From Mytilus californianus (Eukaryota), in the NCBI RefSeq assembly GCF_021869535.1, contig NW_026262701.1, positions 113,832,001-113,896,000 of the forward strand: a stretch of 64,000 nucleotides of DNA, in the 5' to 3' direction. Both the position numbers and the translations under genes were made by a program. The notes under the pieces are model-generated. The model searched no databases and was not told the DNA's origin. It was given only the letters and a program-made list of their open reading frames with translations. Of this stretch, positions 22,893 through 35,979 are shown one piece after another. The stretch's first letter is position 1. Every line of letters begins with the position of its first letter.

Positions 22893-24680
22893 TTAAATGG
22901 CTCTTAATCGAATCTTTACGGAGTTTGGCCAGAATTTGTGATTCATTACAATATTTGAACAAGTTTGCCAATAAAGGTGCGCAATTGGTGCTCATAGGAA
23001 TACTTACAACTACATAGATGATGTCAAGGAAAACGTTTACAGTTTTAATCGTCGATCACAGTTCCAGTAACTTCATGTAGCATATTTACCTTTTTCATTA
23101 CAGGATAAGATTTTATATGGGTTACTGCAAGATTATATGCATTCAAATATTTCCAAGGACTGTCTGATTAAATAAGAAAATTTCTGTGTGATAAAATTGT
23201 GTGGAACTGCTTTCTAGAAAAGTCATAAATATTATTTGAATTGAAGGAACCGCTGTTATTCATCTTAAATATCTCCAAAATAGTAAATTCCATTATTTTA
23301 TATGCTTTATAACAGAGGTTTATTATAAGTTCTTTAAAACAAGTAAGGGGTCTATTTAAAAGGGTAGAAAGATGAGTGTTTTAAAAAAAAGTAATGGGAC
23401 TATTTAAAATGACAGAAATATGAGTTTTAAGAGATGAACTAATATTTGACAGGGTTTGTTTTGTAGTTTGAGTATCCAATGCATATTATAGGCCTTCAAA
23501 TGTTTGGAGGAGGCCCTTAGCTGAAAAAAGAAATCAAGTGACTTTGTCAGATTTTCTATTTACACCATTTTTATTTTTCTTCCATGAAAGACGATAGTTT
23601 GGTCCCTTTTCAGAAAGTGTGTTACCTGTCGGTCCAAAACAATGTTGAGCACCCTTGTCATAACATGTTTCACATTATGTTGAAGTAGCACTATTTTCTA
23701 TACTGACTTATAATTAAAATTAAACTTCTCCTTTATCTTTTATACATATACTAAATTATTGTATTTGGGGGGTTTCGTGTTGCTCAGTCTTTAGTTTTCT
23801 ATCATCTATGTTGTGTTTTGTATACTGTTAAAATTGAGAATGGAAATGGAGACAACAACCCGACCGAAGAGCAAAAAACAGCCCAAGGCTACCAATGGGT
23901 CTTCAAAACAGCGAGAAAATCCTTAGTAGCGGGCTTCAGCTGGCCCCTAAACCAAAAATGTGTACTAGTTCAGTGAAAATGGATGTCACACTAAACTCCG
24001 AAACATATAAATGAACTAAAATTCAAAAAAACATACAAGACTAACAAAGGCCAGAGGCTCCTGACTTGGGACAGGCGTAAAAATATATATGTTGTTTGTC
24101 TTTTCATCGTTTTTCGTTTTTTGCCATGACATTGTCAGTTTGTTTTCGACTAGTGAGTTTGAATATTCCTTTGGTATCCTTCGCCTCTCTTCTTCAGCAA
24201 TGAATATGATCTGTGTGACTGATATAACCTTAGTTTTAAGTTTTTTAAACAAAATCTTTATGACGTATATTCATGAAAACTATTGATTTGCGTAGGAACG
24301 AATTTGCCAAACGACACAGATGAAATGATTCGTTACTGAGTTCAATTTCTCGACAACAAACGTCTTGTGGTTTATCACTTTCCCCATATATGCATTCCAC
24401 TAGCAGTGCTTTATCAAAAGATTTTTGATATTTTATCAAATTTGTTTTAGCATTCAACTAAACAAAATCTGTATTATTTTATTAAACCTTGTATTTGAGA
24501 TTGAGAAACAAGTTATAAGGGGAGACATACTCTAATTTAAGAACATTCTAAAATAACAATAAAACATAAAATCGACACATACAGTTTAATCTTTCCAAAC
24601 CCATAAATGCGAGACAAATATATATATATACTGAATATACTAAACACACTGAGTGTATTTAGAACATACATATATTTTAA

Positions 24681-25356
24681 AGGGGCATTAGCTATAATTC
24701 AGACAAAAAATTAAAATACGATTCTTTTTGTTTCAAGAATTAATAAAAGCGGAAGTTTGAAATAATAATTCGTCATAAGCAGTCAGTTTGGCCCAAATGT
24801 GTCAAAATAGGCAAAAAACCATTGCCGATGTATTATTGGCTTGCAAGTCAATAATTCGACCTCAATTGAATCCGTATTCAAGTGACCTTGAATTTAACCC
24901 CTTAGCTGGAGATAGATTACGCATGCACTTGGCGTGCAAAGCTATTAAAAGGAAAAGAATGTCAACATTGAAAGTGAAACAAGGGTGAACCATTTCGTTG
25001 ACTGATTCGATCTACAAAAAATCATTCTTATACAGGTAAAAACGAACCTATAACATGAAATTAAAAAGACCTAGAAAATTCAAAAGCACGTGCTCGCTAT
25101 ATATTTATATTTATATTTATGTTTATATCGGGCTATATGACCGTCGAAAGTCTTCGGAGGTCATCTCGATGGTTCATTAGATAGCGTCTAGACTAAAGTA
25201 CACACGAAATGCTGATATACATATTATCGAGTCCATGCATTGCTAATTGTTTATTTTAGACTTTTTGTAATTTGAAATGACGTTTTAGTATGTTATAAAT
25301 TAAATATGAGAATTTGAGTCAAATCGATGAACATGAAGTTGACAGCTAATGCCCCT
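24681..25356. mobile_element. Non-autonomous DNA transposon with TTAA target duplication (Kolobok-like)
   Basis: TTAA|AGGGGCATTAGCT ... AGCTAATGCCCCT|TTAA, a perfect 13-bp TIR. Confidence 0.8.
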
Positions 25357-26423
25357 TTAACACCTGTGCCTAGACCTATACATATAATAAACTCAAAAAG
25401 GGAAGAATTTGACAGGATTTAAAAAAAATAGATCCTGCATTTTATGTTTATATAAAAAATAAGGAGATATGGTATGATTGCGAAGGAGACGACTATCCAC
25501 CAGAGTTCAAATGGCGTGTATGTATAAGCAACTATGCATATTGCAAGGCCTTCAACAATGAGTAAAATTCATACCGTATAGTTAGCTATAAAAGGCCCGA
25601 TATAACAAATCTGAAACAAAACGAAAAAGCCAACAGCCTGATTTATTTCAAAACAATAACGAAAAACAAATATGACAAACAGCAACCAAAGACAACCATT
25701 CTTAAGTTTATTTTAACGACCAAGAAATATAAAGTCAAAAACAGGTTCGAGTTGAATAGTAAACACATAATAATTGGTCCAGATCTGAGCAACCATAAAT
25801 CAAAGAGACTGTAGTTCGGCAAAGTCAAACGGGTGCATTGCATTGAAATATGACTTTTTGGCGTAAATGAAATGCCAATTGGTGCAAAAGCAAAGCACTG
25901 AATGAAACAACATCTTCGTTCATTAATTCGTTGAAAAAGAAGTAACTCTTCAGAGGGTCAATGTTGATAGGCTGTGTATTCAGGTGTATTCAGGCAGCAA
26001 CATGAACGTACACGTTTAGAAAAAATAACACTTAATTCAGATTATTTGTTACTAGGAATACTTAACCATTATGGAAATCTCAAGTTCACTTATTATACTC
26101 CGAATTTAAAGTATTTTGAATACCCATGATCTTTAATCGTTTATCTTCCTTTCGAAGAAACTAATAAACTATTTAACCAATGAATTTGTAAACTGCATAG
26201 ATTGCTCATTACAATAGGCATAAGTATATAGACATCAATAAACTAATTAATAAACTGATTAAGTTATTATTAATAAGTATTGTACATTTGTTAAATTTGT
26301 AAACGGTGATTAACTGTGTGGACTGTGTTATTGTTATTGATGAACAATTTAGCACTCTACAAATTTCAAGTTCAAACAATCCACCACCAAGCTACACTAT
26401 ATCCAGTTGAGCTGTTTCGAAGA

Positions 26424-26524
26424 TCACTTCGCTGCACGTGGAGGTAACGTCGCCGTTTGGAAAAATATCTGTCCATAGTTTCCGCTGTCTCCATCTTCTT
26501 CCACATCAATACTTTCTGGTACAG
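26424..26524 (-). CDS. Candidate terminal exon of the Ig-FN3 receptor (VPESIDVEEDGDSGNYGQIFFQTATLPPRAAK*)
   Basis: Acceptor ATTTCAG|CT. The phase-1 frame gives an acidic tail with YxxI and a stop. The phase-0 frame is also open, and the link to upstream exons is not resolved. Confidence 0.45.
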
Positions 26525-29500
26525 CTGAAATCTATTGATGATATTAAACTGATTAATGTTAAAAGACGACTTTCATTCTTTTTTAATTCTAGGATTATAA
26601 ATCTAATTCAGTTTTAATTTTTAAAGTTAAGTGTTAATCATTACCTTTCGCATGTACTATATTAAATGACTAATGGAATCCAATGTTCAAGGATAGCCTT
26701 CATAAATAGAATACTAGTAATTTAATAAGAAGTGCTGCTCTGACTTTTGTACAAAGTCGTAATTGTTCAAATCTATTAGAATGAGATGTTCAGGTTTTGT
26801 CAATAAACCCAATATAAGTATTTCATATTTCCCTCCTAGCTTTAAGACGTTTCATATTTCCCTCCTAGCGAACTCAAAAAATTTCTGAAAAGCGGTTTAC
26901 AGGCAACAAATTCTGTGCTTTTCTTGTGTTTATCAAGAATGTTTCATCATCGGTCTAATAGTTGGTGATCAATAATTATGTGGATTTTCCCGGTCTACAA
27001 AGGGAATGTTACGTCAAATAAATAAGTTGCTGCAATACTTATACAAATAAACTAATACAAATACTATTATTTTTCTAATCATAGGGCTCATTACACTCAT
27101 AACATAATTAATGTCCAGAATATAAATATATTGTATATACCACACAAATTTTATAGTTTAAAATAATGAGTGTTATTTATTATTTTCCAGTTTCAGGCAT
27201 CTGTTGCAGTTCAACAACCGTAAGAACAACTACATACTAGATCTATTTTAAGTATAACACAGACTGTTGACTTTTCTTATTTCAACTTATTAGCCTAAAC
27301 TGATATTCGACATTTTCTTCACAAAATATACCATTTATATGTTTCGGAGTTTAGTGTGACGTTTATTTTTGCTGAACTAAGTATACATTATTGTTTAGGG
27401 GCCAGCTGAAGCCCGCCTCCAGGTGCGCGATTTTCTCGCTGTGCTGAAGACCCATTGGTGGCCTTGTGATGTTTTCTGCTCTGTGGTCGTGTTGTTGTCT
27501 CTTTGACGCATTCCCCGTTTCCATTCCCAATTTCATTTGTAAATTTTAAACACGTTGACCTGTTAAGTTGTTTAATGACTAAGGAGGATACTGATAAAAC
27601 TTACACGATCATTAAAGTAAATTTGACTGTAATTTGTTCTTGTTCTATGCAAGGCTGGCGAAGTCCTGGGTCCTTGGTGGCGTATTTCAATATGAGGATA
27701 GTTTAACTCTCTGGGCTAATGAAACAATATCGCACTTGTTAGTTTGAAAACATAATTTAAAATCATTATAATATTAAAATTAGAAGATGTGATATGATTG
27801 CCAATGAGACAACTCCATCAGAGACATAAAAGTCAACAACTATAGGTCATCATATGGTCTTCAACAATGAGCAAAACCCATACCGCATAGTCAGCTATAA
27901 AAGGCCCCAAAATGACAAATGTAAAACAATTCAAGGGAGAAATCTATTAGTATTAATTATTATTTACAATTACGGATGGGTGTGTTTTTAATATGATTTA
28001 CTAAAACCGTGCTAGAAAGTTAAGAGACTCTGCATACATATTGCTCATTCAAATATTCAACTTCTTTTAAAAAGTTCATGCTCTACAAAAACAAAAATTT
28101 GGCGAAAATTCTCTTTTTAAGAAACAATTACATCCGAAATCTTTACAAAGCTTCCATTTTCCAAGCGTAGTTGAGCTTTTATTATCACACTGTAATTAGT
28201 ACCTTACGGACGAGAGTTGAGGGGACTATAGTTTGGCACCCCGTCCATCAGTCTGCCCGTCGGCATTTCATTGTTATTTACACTATTTCGTAATACTTTT
28301 AGTATATACATATTAACACTTTAAAAAGTGTCATTTCCTCAAAACGCTTCCGCGATGTCATTTCTAGACAAATGTTCAATCGACAACATTTAAAAATAAT
28401 TCTTGACCTTTTGGGGTTTTGAGCATGTTAACAGTTGAAGTACGGCCTTGTAAACTAAACACAATTGATACTTTACCGAAAAATGAAGACATACTATGCC
28501 ATGTATTGCATACATTAAAACTAGTATTATAATAACTGAGAAATTTATAACCGTTGGGCAAAAACTGCAGATTGCAGTATAATTCTAAACAATACCATAT
28601 ATTTTCTGCTGGTTTAAATTTTACAAAGAAAAGCAGATACGAATGGCCTCGTGTGGGCGCCTTTAAAAACAGACACGTTCAAGCGTCTGGAATTGGACAT
28701 GTTTTGGTGTCAATTGAAAGTAGACCCGTTGAAAAATGATGAAAATCGCGGAAATCGTGAAAAATGATGAAAATAAAAAAAAATGATGACGTCGTGAAAA
28801 ATGATGAAAATCGAGGAAATCGTGATGACGTCCTGAAAAATGATGAAAATCGCAAACATGCACGCGCTTCACAATGAATTTTGGGATTAAATGGTGCTTG
28901 ATTTACTATTAAAACGTTAATAGTCACTTAATAGTCTATTAGTTAATGGAAGCCTTAAAAGTGATTTGTGCAACGCAATTAACTAACTCTATTAACTAAT
29001 AGTCAATTAGATATTTAATAGTCTATTAGAAGTTAATAGTCTATTAACTTAATAGACGTTTGTGTAACCCAGTCCTGATTAGTGTCAATTCAGGGATGTT
29101 ATAAATAAGGAAAAAATGGCGTGGTTGTAGCTACAAAAGTGGAAAACCGTCGATGTTTTTAACAGAAATTTTATAAATTTTCCATACGGTCAACTGGTTT
29201 TAAATTGGAATCACATACAGATGTGTATATCATAAGTACAGGTAGCAATGTAAGCAAAGTTTGTCCGTTTAAAATACATGTGCATCTATGATTTGAATAT
29301 AAGTCTAATGATCTACGTAAAAAGGTAATGTAAGATGAAACAAGTACAACAGTTACACTGAAATTTGTTATAAGATCTATTTGTTCAAAATGAACTTTTC
29401 TTGGCCGTAGCTTCTTTTTTTATCACTCAGTTTTGAGTACTACTTGACTAAATCATGTCAAAATGAACTTACAAAGGTGGCTGCAGACTGACGGACTTGT

Positions 29501-30744
29501 TGCTGTTCATCAGATGCCCGACTAGTTGCCTGGCTATTACCTGTAACACACAAATGTCTCAAATTTCATGTTGACTTGCTATATATATCATGCTTTTTCT
29601 ATGATTCAATAAAGCCCTTGTATTCATCCCTGCTGACTGACCGTTTTTGGGCTGTGGGATGTATATATACACAGCCTCGTTCATTTGGATGTTTCAATGC
29701 AACAATGATTCCAACATACATAATTAGAACTGCAATGACTGTCAAACAAATGGAAAGTTTGGCGTCCTTAAATCTTGATCATTTCACAAAAAAGTCACCC
29801 AAAAAGGCGTGTACCAAAATCAGAAGTTGTTTTATGGGTGTTCATTTGAAGAGTGTCCAAAAGCTAGCAAGTATACAAATATGGACATTAACTTTTTTTA
29901 ATTTATACCTTGAAGATAAGTACATGTGTAATTTCCTAATAATACTGGTATATATTTCTTACATTTTTTAATTTATATGCTTTGGCCTTATCTATGTGTG
30001 TGTGTGTGTGTGGCACATTATTTTTACAAAGATAAGAATTCTTGAACTACTTGTGCCTACCATTTGGAATGTTGCTAGTACTTCTTGAAATAGCCTCGTG
30101 TACATCTGAAATGACGTTGCAGTCAGGTAGATATCTGGATTTTCTAAATACAGCAAGAATTGGAGGTACTTTGATTGCTGTAAAGAAATATAGAAATCAA
30201 ATTGAACAAAAATTGAATTGTGTCAATTTGTTTACCACACACGTGTAAGTGACGGAATGTGATGGAGAAAATTCCTCCAACTGTATTCTCGAAGTTGAGG
30301 TGCAATACAATTCAATGAGATATGTTGTGTTATTCTTTGAAAGTATTCTCCTTTACCTGCATTTTATGTATGCGTTGTTATTCACAGGCGGCAGAATTTT
30401 GCCCTGGCATTAACACCCCCCTGTACAACAGCCGTAAAGGTATTTATTGGTGACTGTAAAAGTTTATCCAATACGTTATATATTTTTTTTTCTAAAAATC
30501 TTATTTAGAAAAAAAAGTAAGTGACTACTAAAAAGTTTAAACGAAATATCAACAGAAAAAATAGAATATAATTTTAAATACCAGCACCCTCTTGCCGATT
30601 AAAATACAATAACACATAATATGCTTATAAATAGAAGCCGATAAAGATATTTAGTAAGCTTTTCCGTTATTGTGCAGACCCTTCAGATCCTTCCTTTAAC
30701 TTTTTTTTTTTAAAGTTTTTATATATCTTTTAGGTCCATGATTT

Positions 30745-30899
30745 CTACTTGCCTCGTCTAATTCTCTTGCACCTTGAAGTCATTCTATCCACTGTTTCAG
30801 AATCAGGTAGACCTACACTTCTCCTAAATACGGCTCTGTCAGTGTATACTGCTCGGTTTGTATTAAGTGTTGCCCTTGGTGGTATGTATGGAGGTAATT
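30745..30899 (-). CDS. Ig-FN3 receptor cytoplasmic exon (ELPPYIPPRATLNTNRAVYTDRAVF...RRGK*)
   Basis: Acceptor AACATTAACAG|AA in phase 1, open for 50 codons to TAG. It is either terminal or spliced onward at a weak donor. Confidence 0.55.
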
Positions 30900-31542
30900 C
30901 TGTTAATGTTTTAGTATATATTTCTTTTACTTTTAAAATTTATTTATTTGAATTGTATTTTAATATCTTTAGTATCTTTTTTCGTTTCACATGTAGTCTT
31001 TACACCTAACTTTAGTCATGCAGTACAACAGTAATTTTTCTCACAGCAAAGTTTATAGTATTCCCACTTTTTCACAGATACAAATGCATTCAGTATTATA
31101 CTTTATTACCTAATAAAGAGTATTTTACTGTTTTATTAATATTTCTATATTATTTGCTATTTTTCTGCCATTTTTTGTTCCATGGTCTATTGCACTGGAA
31201 ATTATCGTTCTATTGCACCTGTGTGCAGGCTATTGCACTGACCTGTTATGACCTCTTATTCTGAAATCTGATTAGTTTAAAGGTATTCATGTTGTCCAAT
31301 CAAATTGGGTCTTTTAAACGTTCTTGGGTTTATTGTTTTGATCGTTTATTTAATATGTTGACTTTAATTATTTCTTGTTATTTAAATTACTCTGATTTCA
31401 TGTTCGTTTTATTGAATTTCTAAAGTATTGGTTGTACATGTATGCTCCTTACACATTATAATTAATACAGTTGTTACTTTCATGTGTATTATTTCTAAGA
31501 ATTTGCCAGTTAGAACTGACTCAGTATGTATTAGGTAATAAA

Positions 31543-31719
31543 ACAGTTATTGAATGTGTAACAGTGCAATAGATCAAAATATATTTCCCTCGGTATGAAG
31601 ATCAGCTCATTGTTCTATTGCCCTCAGCCGTTGGCTTCGGGCAATAGAACAATGAGCTGATCTTCATACCTCGAGAAATATATTTTGATCTATTGCATAG
31701 TTACATTTTAAATAACTGT
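31543..31719. mobile_element. Foldback/MITE-like palindrome (~80-bp arms)
   Basis: GCAATAGATCAAAATATATTTC...GATCAGCTCATTGTTCTATTGCCC is mirrored by GGGCAATAGAACAATGAGCTGATC...GAAATATATTTTGATCTATTGC, with a ~14-nt loop. Confidence 0.85.
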
Positions 31720-32195
31720 ATATTGCTACTACCTTGAATGTTTAATTTGGATTTGAAAATGGACGTTGAAACTAAAACTGTTGTCGAGATTTATATGTAT
31801 ATTCGAGGTTTTTATTTTTCATTTACTTAGAAGATACCAGGGAAGGGTCAAATTCTAAGGTCCAAGAATCTGCTATTATACAGCAAATCTTCTATCAAGG
31901 AAAGCCTGATGGAAAGAATAGTAAAACATGATATATCAACTTGTTTTAAACTTTACGTTTTTTGGTCTCTGGTGGAGAGATGTCTCGTTTGCCATCTTAA
32001 CACACATTCTTTTTTTTTATTTATATTGAATACTGTCACATGAATATGGAAAATATATTTTTTTATTACCAGCTCACCTGACCCACACTTTAGAGTAATA
32101 TTATTATGTTTAGTGAGAATTTTTTTTCGATGTTTGTTTATGATATAATAAAAAGATTGGAAAATTCCAAATTAAACTACTATGTTATTGCTTAC

Positions 32196-32312
32196 CTCGT
32201 GTAAAGGTTTTTTGTTTATAACAGAAAACAATTGCTGATATGAAAGCAGTCAGTATCAGCAGTAAACACACAGAGACAACAAAATAAACAATATGGATCA
32301 GCTTGTGACTTC
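32196..32312 (-). CDS. Ig-FN3 receptor transmembrane exon (SHKLIHIVYFVVSVCLLLILTAFISAIVFCYKQKTFTR)
   Basis: Acceptor TTTTTATTATTCTAG|GA (an alternative in-frame acceptor lies at 32372), donor CGAG|GTAAGC, phase 1-1. A hydrophobic helix is followed by a basic stop-transfer segment. Confidence 0.8.
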
Positions 32313-33199
32313 CTAGAATAATAAAAATAAGTAGATAGTATGTATATGCCTTTTCATTGACAGAATTGCTTTCTAACACATGAAAATTTAAATATATATT
32401 TATATTGTATTACTATTCTTGTTACCGCTTAAATTCTACAATCAACAGGAAGAACATAGGGAAACAAATAGTTTTTACCTAGCTACGGATGTTTGTCATA
32501 TGTATTTTAAATGAAAGATTGGAGCAGGATCTGCTAGCCCTTCCAGAGCATCTGAGAAATCCCCGGTGTATTTTAATGGTCTCGTAAGTTTAATTCTTTA
32601 GTTTTCAAAATTGTGTTTTGTATACTGTTGTTTGTCTTTTTGTCTCGTTTTTTACCATGGTGTTGTCAGTTTGTTTTCGACTTATGAGTTTCATAGTCCC
32701 TTTGGTATCTTTCGCTCCCCTTTTGTGTTGCTTTTTTTCCTTTTTTCCTGATCATTTCAACCACAACCTTTATTCGACGATGACATTTGTACGTTAAGGA
32801 GCTTGATATTTTTACCCAGTTGAACGACTGTCAAACAGTGAATCAATGCCAACTGTTAGTTTTGAATATCTAATTTTCTCGCTTTTTCGATATTGTTACT
32901 AATGAGGTCTACTATCAACGAGAAAAACCACTATATATTTGTGAAAATAACATACATGCTTATCACTGCACACGGTCGTGTTTATCTCTGACTGTTTATG
33001 ACGTCTTTAAACTAGATCCATTGGATGTTGGAAGTGTACTGATTTAGTCTTAGATGCATGATTTTTTTATTAGTTGTTATTGGCTTTGAACTATCGGTCA
33101 GTAACTGTGAGTACTCTCAGGTCTGTACATTGTGTCTTCTTGTTGTTGTGATGCACAAGTACCCGTTCACGTCCACTTTGAGTATTTGTTAGATGTATT

Positions 33200-33625
33200 T
33201 CTATTTGTATCCATCTGATGAGTTAAGTCTTTTTCAACTGATTTTTTATAGTTTGTTTATATGCTATACTCTCTCTTACACCACTGTCCCATGTTAGGGG
33301 GAGGTTTGGGAAACTGCTAACCCCGCCACATTCCGTATGTGCCTTTCCCAATTCATGACCCTGTAATTCAGTGGTTGTCGTTTGTTGCTGTGTTATATAT
33401 TTGTTTTTTTTTTGTTCATTATTTTGTTCATAAATTAGGCCGTTAGTTTCTTGTTTCAATAGTTTAACATTTGTCATTTCGGGGCCTTTTATAGCTGACA
33501 ATGCGGTATTACTTTGCTCATTGTTGAAGGCCGTACGGTGACCTATAGTTGTTAATTTTTGTGTCATTTGGTCTCTTGTGAATAGTTGTCTCATTGGGAA
33601 TCATACCACATCTTCTTTTTATATG
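33200..33625 (-). mobile_element. Abundant dispersed repeat family (AAGAAGATGTGGTATGATTGCCAATGAGACAACT... head)
   Basis: Related copies lie at ~25460-25700 (+), ~27780-27940 (+), ~47920-48300 (-), ~54080-54360 (-) and ~59930-60185 (-). Class not determined. Confidence 0.75.
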
Positions 33626-33660
33626 TAATTGATTTAACCAACAATGTTCATAAGTTATAC

Positions 33661-33963
33661 CATCCCTAGCTTCTCCTATTGTCGTCCGTATCTTCAAAGG
33701 GTCTTTTTGAGATGCTAAACTTCTCCCCATTTTGTTTTCGGCATACAATATGAATTGGTAATCCGTCGATGAAAACATATTATCCACTTTGATGGGTTCT
33801 TTCTTTGACTTTACATTTCTCTTTCGTTTGTGATCATTTGAAGGCCAATGACTGATACAGAATGTTTGTTCGTTTCCACCATTGTAACCAGGAGAAAACG
33901 TGACTGTAAATCCATAACTTGTTATATCTCTAATACTCACATTGTACGGTTCTGATGGTGGGC
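33661..33963 (-). CDS. Ig-FN3 receptor fibronectin type III exon (PPSEPYNVSI...FSPGYNGG...YQFILYAENKMGRS)
   Basis: FN3 motifs PP-x-x-P, P-G-Y-N-G-G and Y-x-F-x-L-Y-A-x-N-x-x-G. Acceptor AAATGAAG|GC, donor GATG|GTATAA, 303 nt, phase 1-1. Confidence 0.85.
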
Positions 33964-34273
33964 CTTCATTTAATAAGAAATTAAGCACATAGTAAATAGA
34001 ACAAAGAAAATGTAGTTTGGGTTGCTATCTTTTATATTTGTTTTTCGTTTCTTATTTTGTACATAAATCAGGTCGTTTGTACTATAGCTTGCTGTATGGA
34101 AATGGATTTTTGGAATTTAAAAGGTAGGAAGGTAACCTATTGTTGAATACATGTACGTCATTGTGGTCTGGTTGAAATTGGTCTCTTTGGCAATCATACC
34201 ACATCTTCTGATTTCTAAACCAGTGCATATAACATTTGTATGAATATTCTATTCATATATAATGGAAAATTAC

Positions 34274-34609
34274 CTTGGAATGTTATGTTTAAGGCGAAAC
34301 GCGTAATCCCTTCGCCATTCTGAAGCACAATCTTATAAGGTCCATAGTCTGTCTCGTTGAACATCCCAAGTGTCCAATAAACTGATTCCCCTTCATACTG
34401 ATACCTTTGTCCTTGAGCGGTGAAATCTACATTGTTCTTCACATACCTTCTTTTAGTTATATTTTCACTTTGAATATCAGTGTTATCTTTTTTAATCAGA
34501 ATCACAGAAGTGTTTCCCGGGTAGGCGTAATAATCTAGTGTAATGGTAACTGGCATTCCAGGACCTGCGGTATATAGACTTCTGTTGTTTATGCCAATGA
34601 TCGGGGCAG
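34274..34609 (-). CDS. Ig-FN3 receptor third Ig-like domain exon (APIIG...YYAYP...DYGPYKIVLQNGEG)
   Basis: D-Y-G-x-Y-x-x-x-x-x-N-x-x-G is the Ig I-set F-G strand motif. 336 nt, phase 1-1, canonical splice sites. Confidence 0.85.
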
Positions 34610-34833
34610 CTGTAAAATACATTGTAATATCAACGAGATTGGCATTACAGTTTGTATGAATTGTTTGCTTTATATTTCTAAGTGTTATTTGATCATTTCT
34701 CCTGTCTTACGCAATATATATTTAAAAATTGTTTTGTTTTGTTTTGTTTTGTTATGTTTTGGTACTGGTATCGTTATTTCATTCATATGAATCTCATCTA
34801 TTGGGTATCGTCCTTTATGTTCTTTATACTTAC

Positions 34834-35136
34834 TTTGTATGAGCACGGGTATTGATATGTTATCCATTGGTCCACTCCATGCTTCATGTTCAGCAAAGCA
34901 TGTGCAGTCATAGTAGTGGTAGCTCTTTGAAATATTAATTTGTATTTCAAGTATGTTTCTTCTTGTTTTGTCGTCATAATATTCTTCCCTCGAAGCGAAA
35001 GGATTCAAAGAGTTCCACATTAGTCTCGGTTTTGGAAATCCTCCGATTACTGTACACAAATGTGTTACCACATCACCAAATTTAAAAGGTCTATTACCAC
35101 CTTTTATTTCTGTTATGGGTCCATTAGTAGGAGGAG
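34834..35136 (-). CDS. Ig-FN3 receptor second Ig domain exon (PPTNGP...LCTVIGGFPKPRLMW...CTCFAEH)
   Basis: C-x-x-x-GG-x-P-x-P-x-L-x-W and a second Cys, as in nephrin/C2-type Ig domains. 303 nt, phase 1-1, donor GTAAGT. Confidence 0.88.
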
Positions 35137-35670
35137 CTGTAATTAGTTATTGATATATGTTATTGAAAATCAGTAACTTAGCAAATTATTGTAAATTTAA
35201 GTCGAAAAAAATTGAGTTTTAGTGTTCAGCGGGTTAAGTTTCTGTTAGTACCGCCTAAATCCTTAATTAAGATAGTGACGGAACATGCCATACTGATGTA
35301 TAAAGTGACTGTTAGTGTTGTTTCAAAAGTTGATATATGTCAGCAAACTGTCATCTCAAATATGAAAACATACATTACAACTTTACTAGTATCTTTTTAA
35401 TTTACATCCTTTCGTATGTACATCTAAGCAATATGCATAATTTAAGCATGACGTTAGTTTTACTTTTACCAACCCTATGCAAAGTACATTTGTAATCATA
35501 CATTTATGGGTATTATAACAGGAAGTAGAACGGCCATCGCTTAGTTGTCATAAAACACATCTATATACTGATATAAGTGGATAACAATGGAATGAGTTCA
35601 GCGAACGTAGAAATAATTTTTTCTCATTAGATTTTCGATAAATAAAAGTTACACACAGAAAATGACTCAC

Positions 35671-35979
35671 TGTACACACGGAGTAGAAAAGGTGGACTTT
35701 GTGAAATCTTATCAGAACACTGCCACGTTGTATTGTCCAAGTTATGTGTTACATCCTTTGCCTGAATGGTAACTGTCAAGTCACCGGAAGTGTTACATTG
35801 TATCAGGTAATTCTTGACGGTATGAGTGCCACTACAAGTTCTTCTTTCTACCTCAACCTCTATGTTACCGTCTTTTGTCAATGCTAAACTTGTTGAAGTA
35901 TTATCGTATTCACATCCAATGGAATACCTCTTCCCTAAGACAGCAAATTTTCCTGGTGATGTTGACAGTATTGGTTTGC
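35671..35979 (-). CDS. Ig-FN3 receptor first Ig domain exon (KPILSTSPGKF...IGCEY...LTVTI...NTTWQCSD...FLLRVY)
   Basis: Canonical Ig Cys pair and W-x-C motif. Acceptor TTTTTTCTTAAG|GC, donor TACA|GTGAGT, 309 nt, phase 1-1. Confidence 0.85.

Noticed and set aside
21217-22995. 147-aa and 151-aa minus-strand ORFs
   Set aside because: Their K/F/I/N-rich composition is typical of AT-rich non-coding or MITE sequence, and the second lies largely inside the TTAA element.
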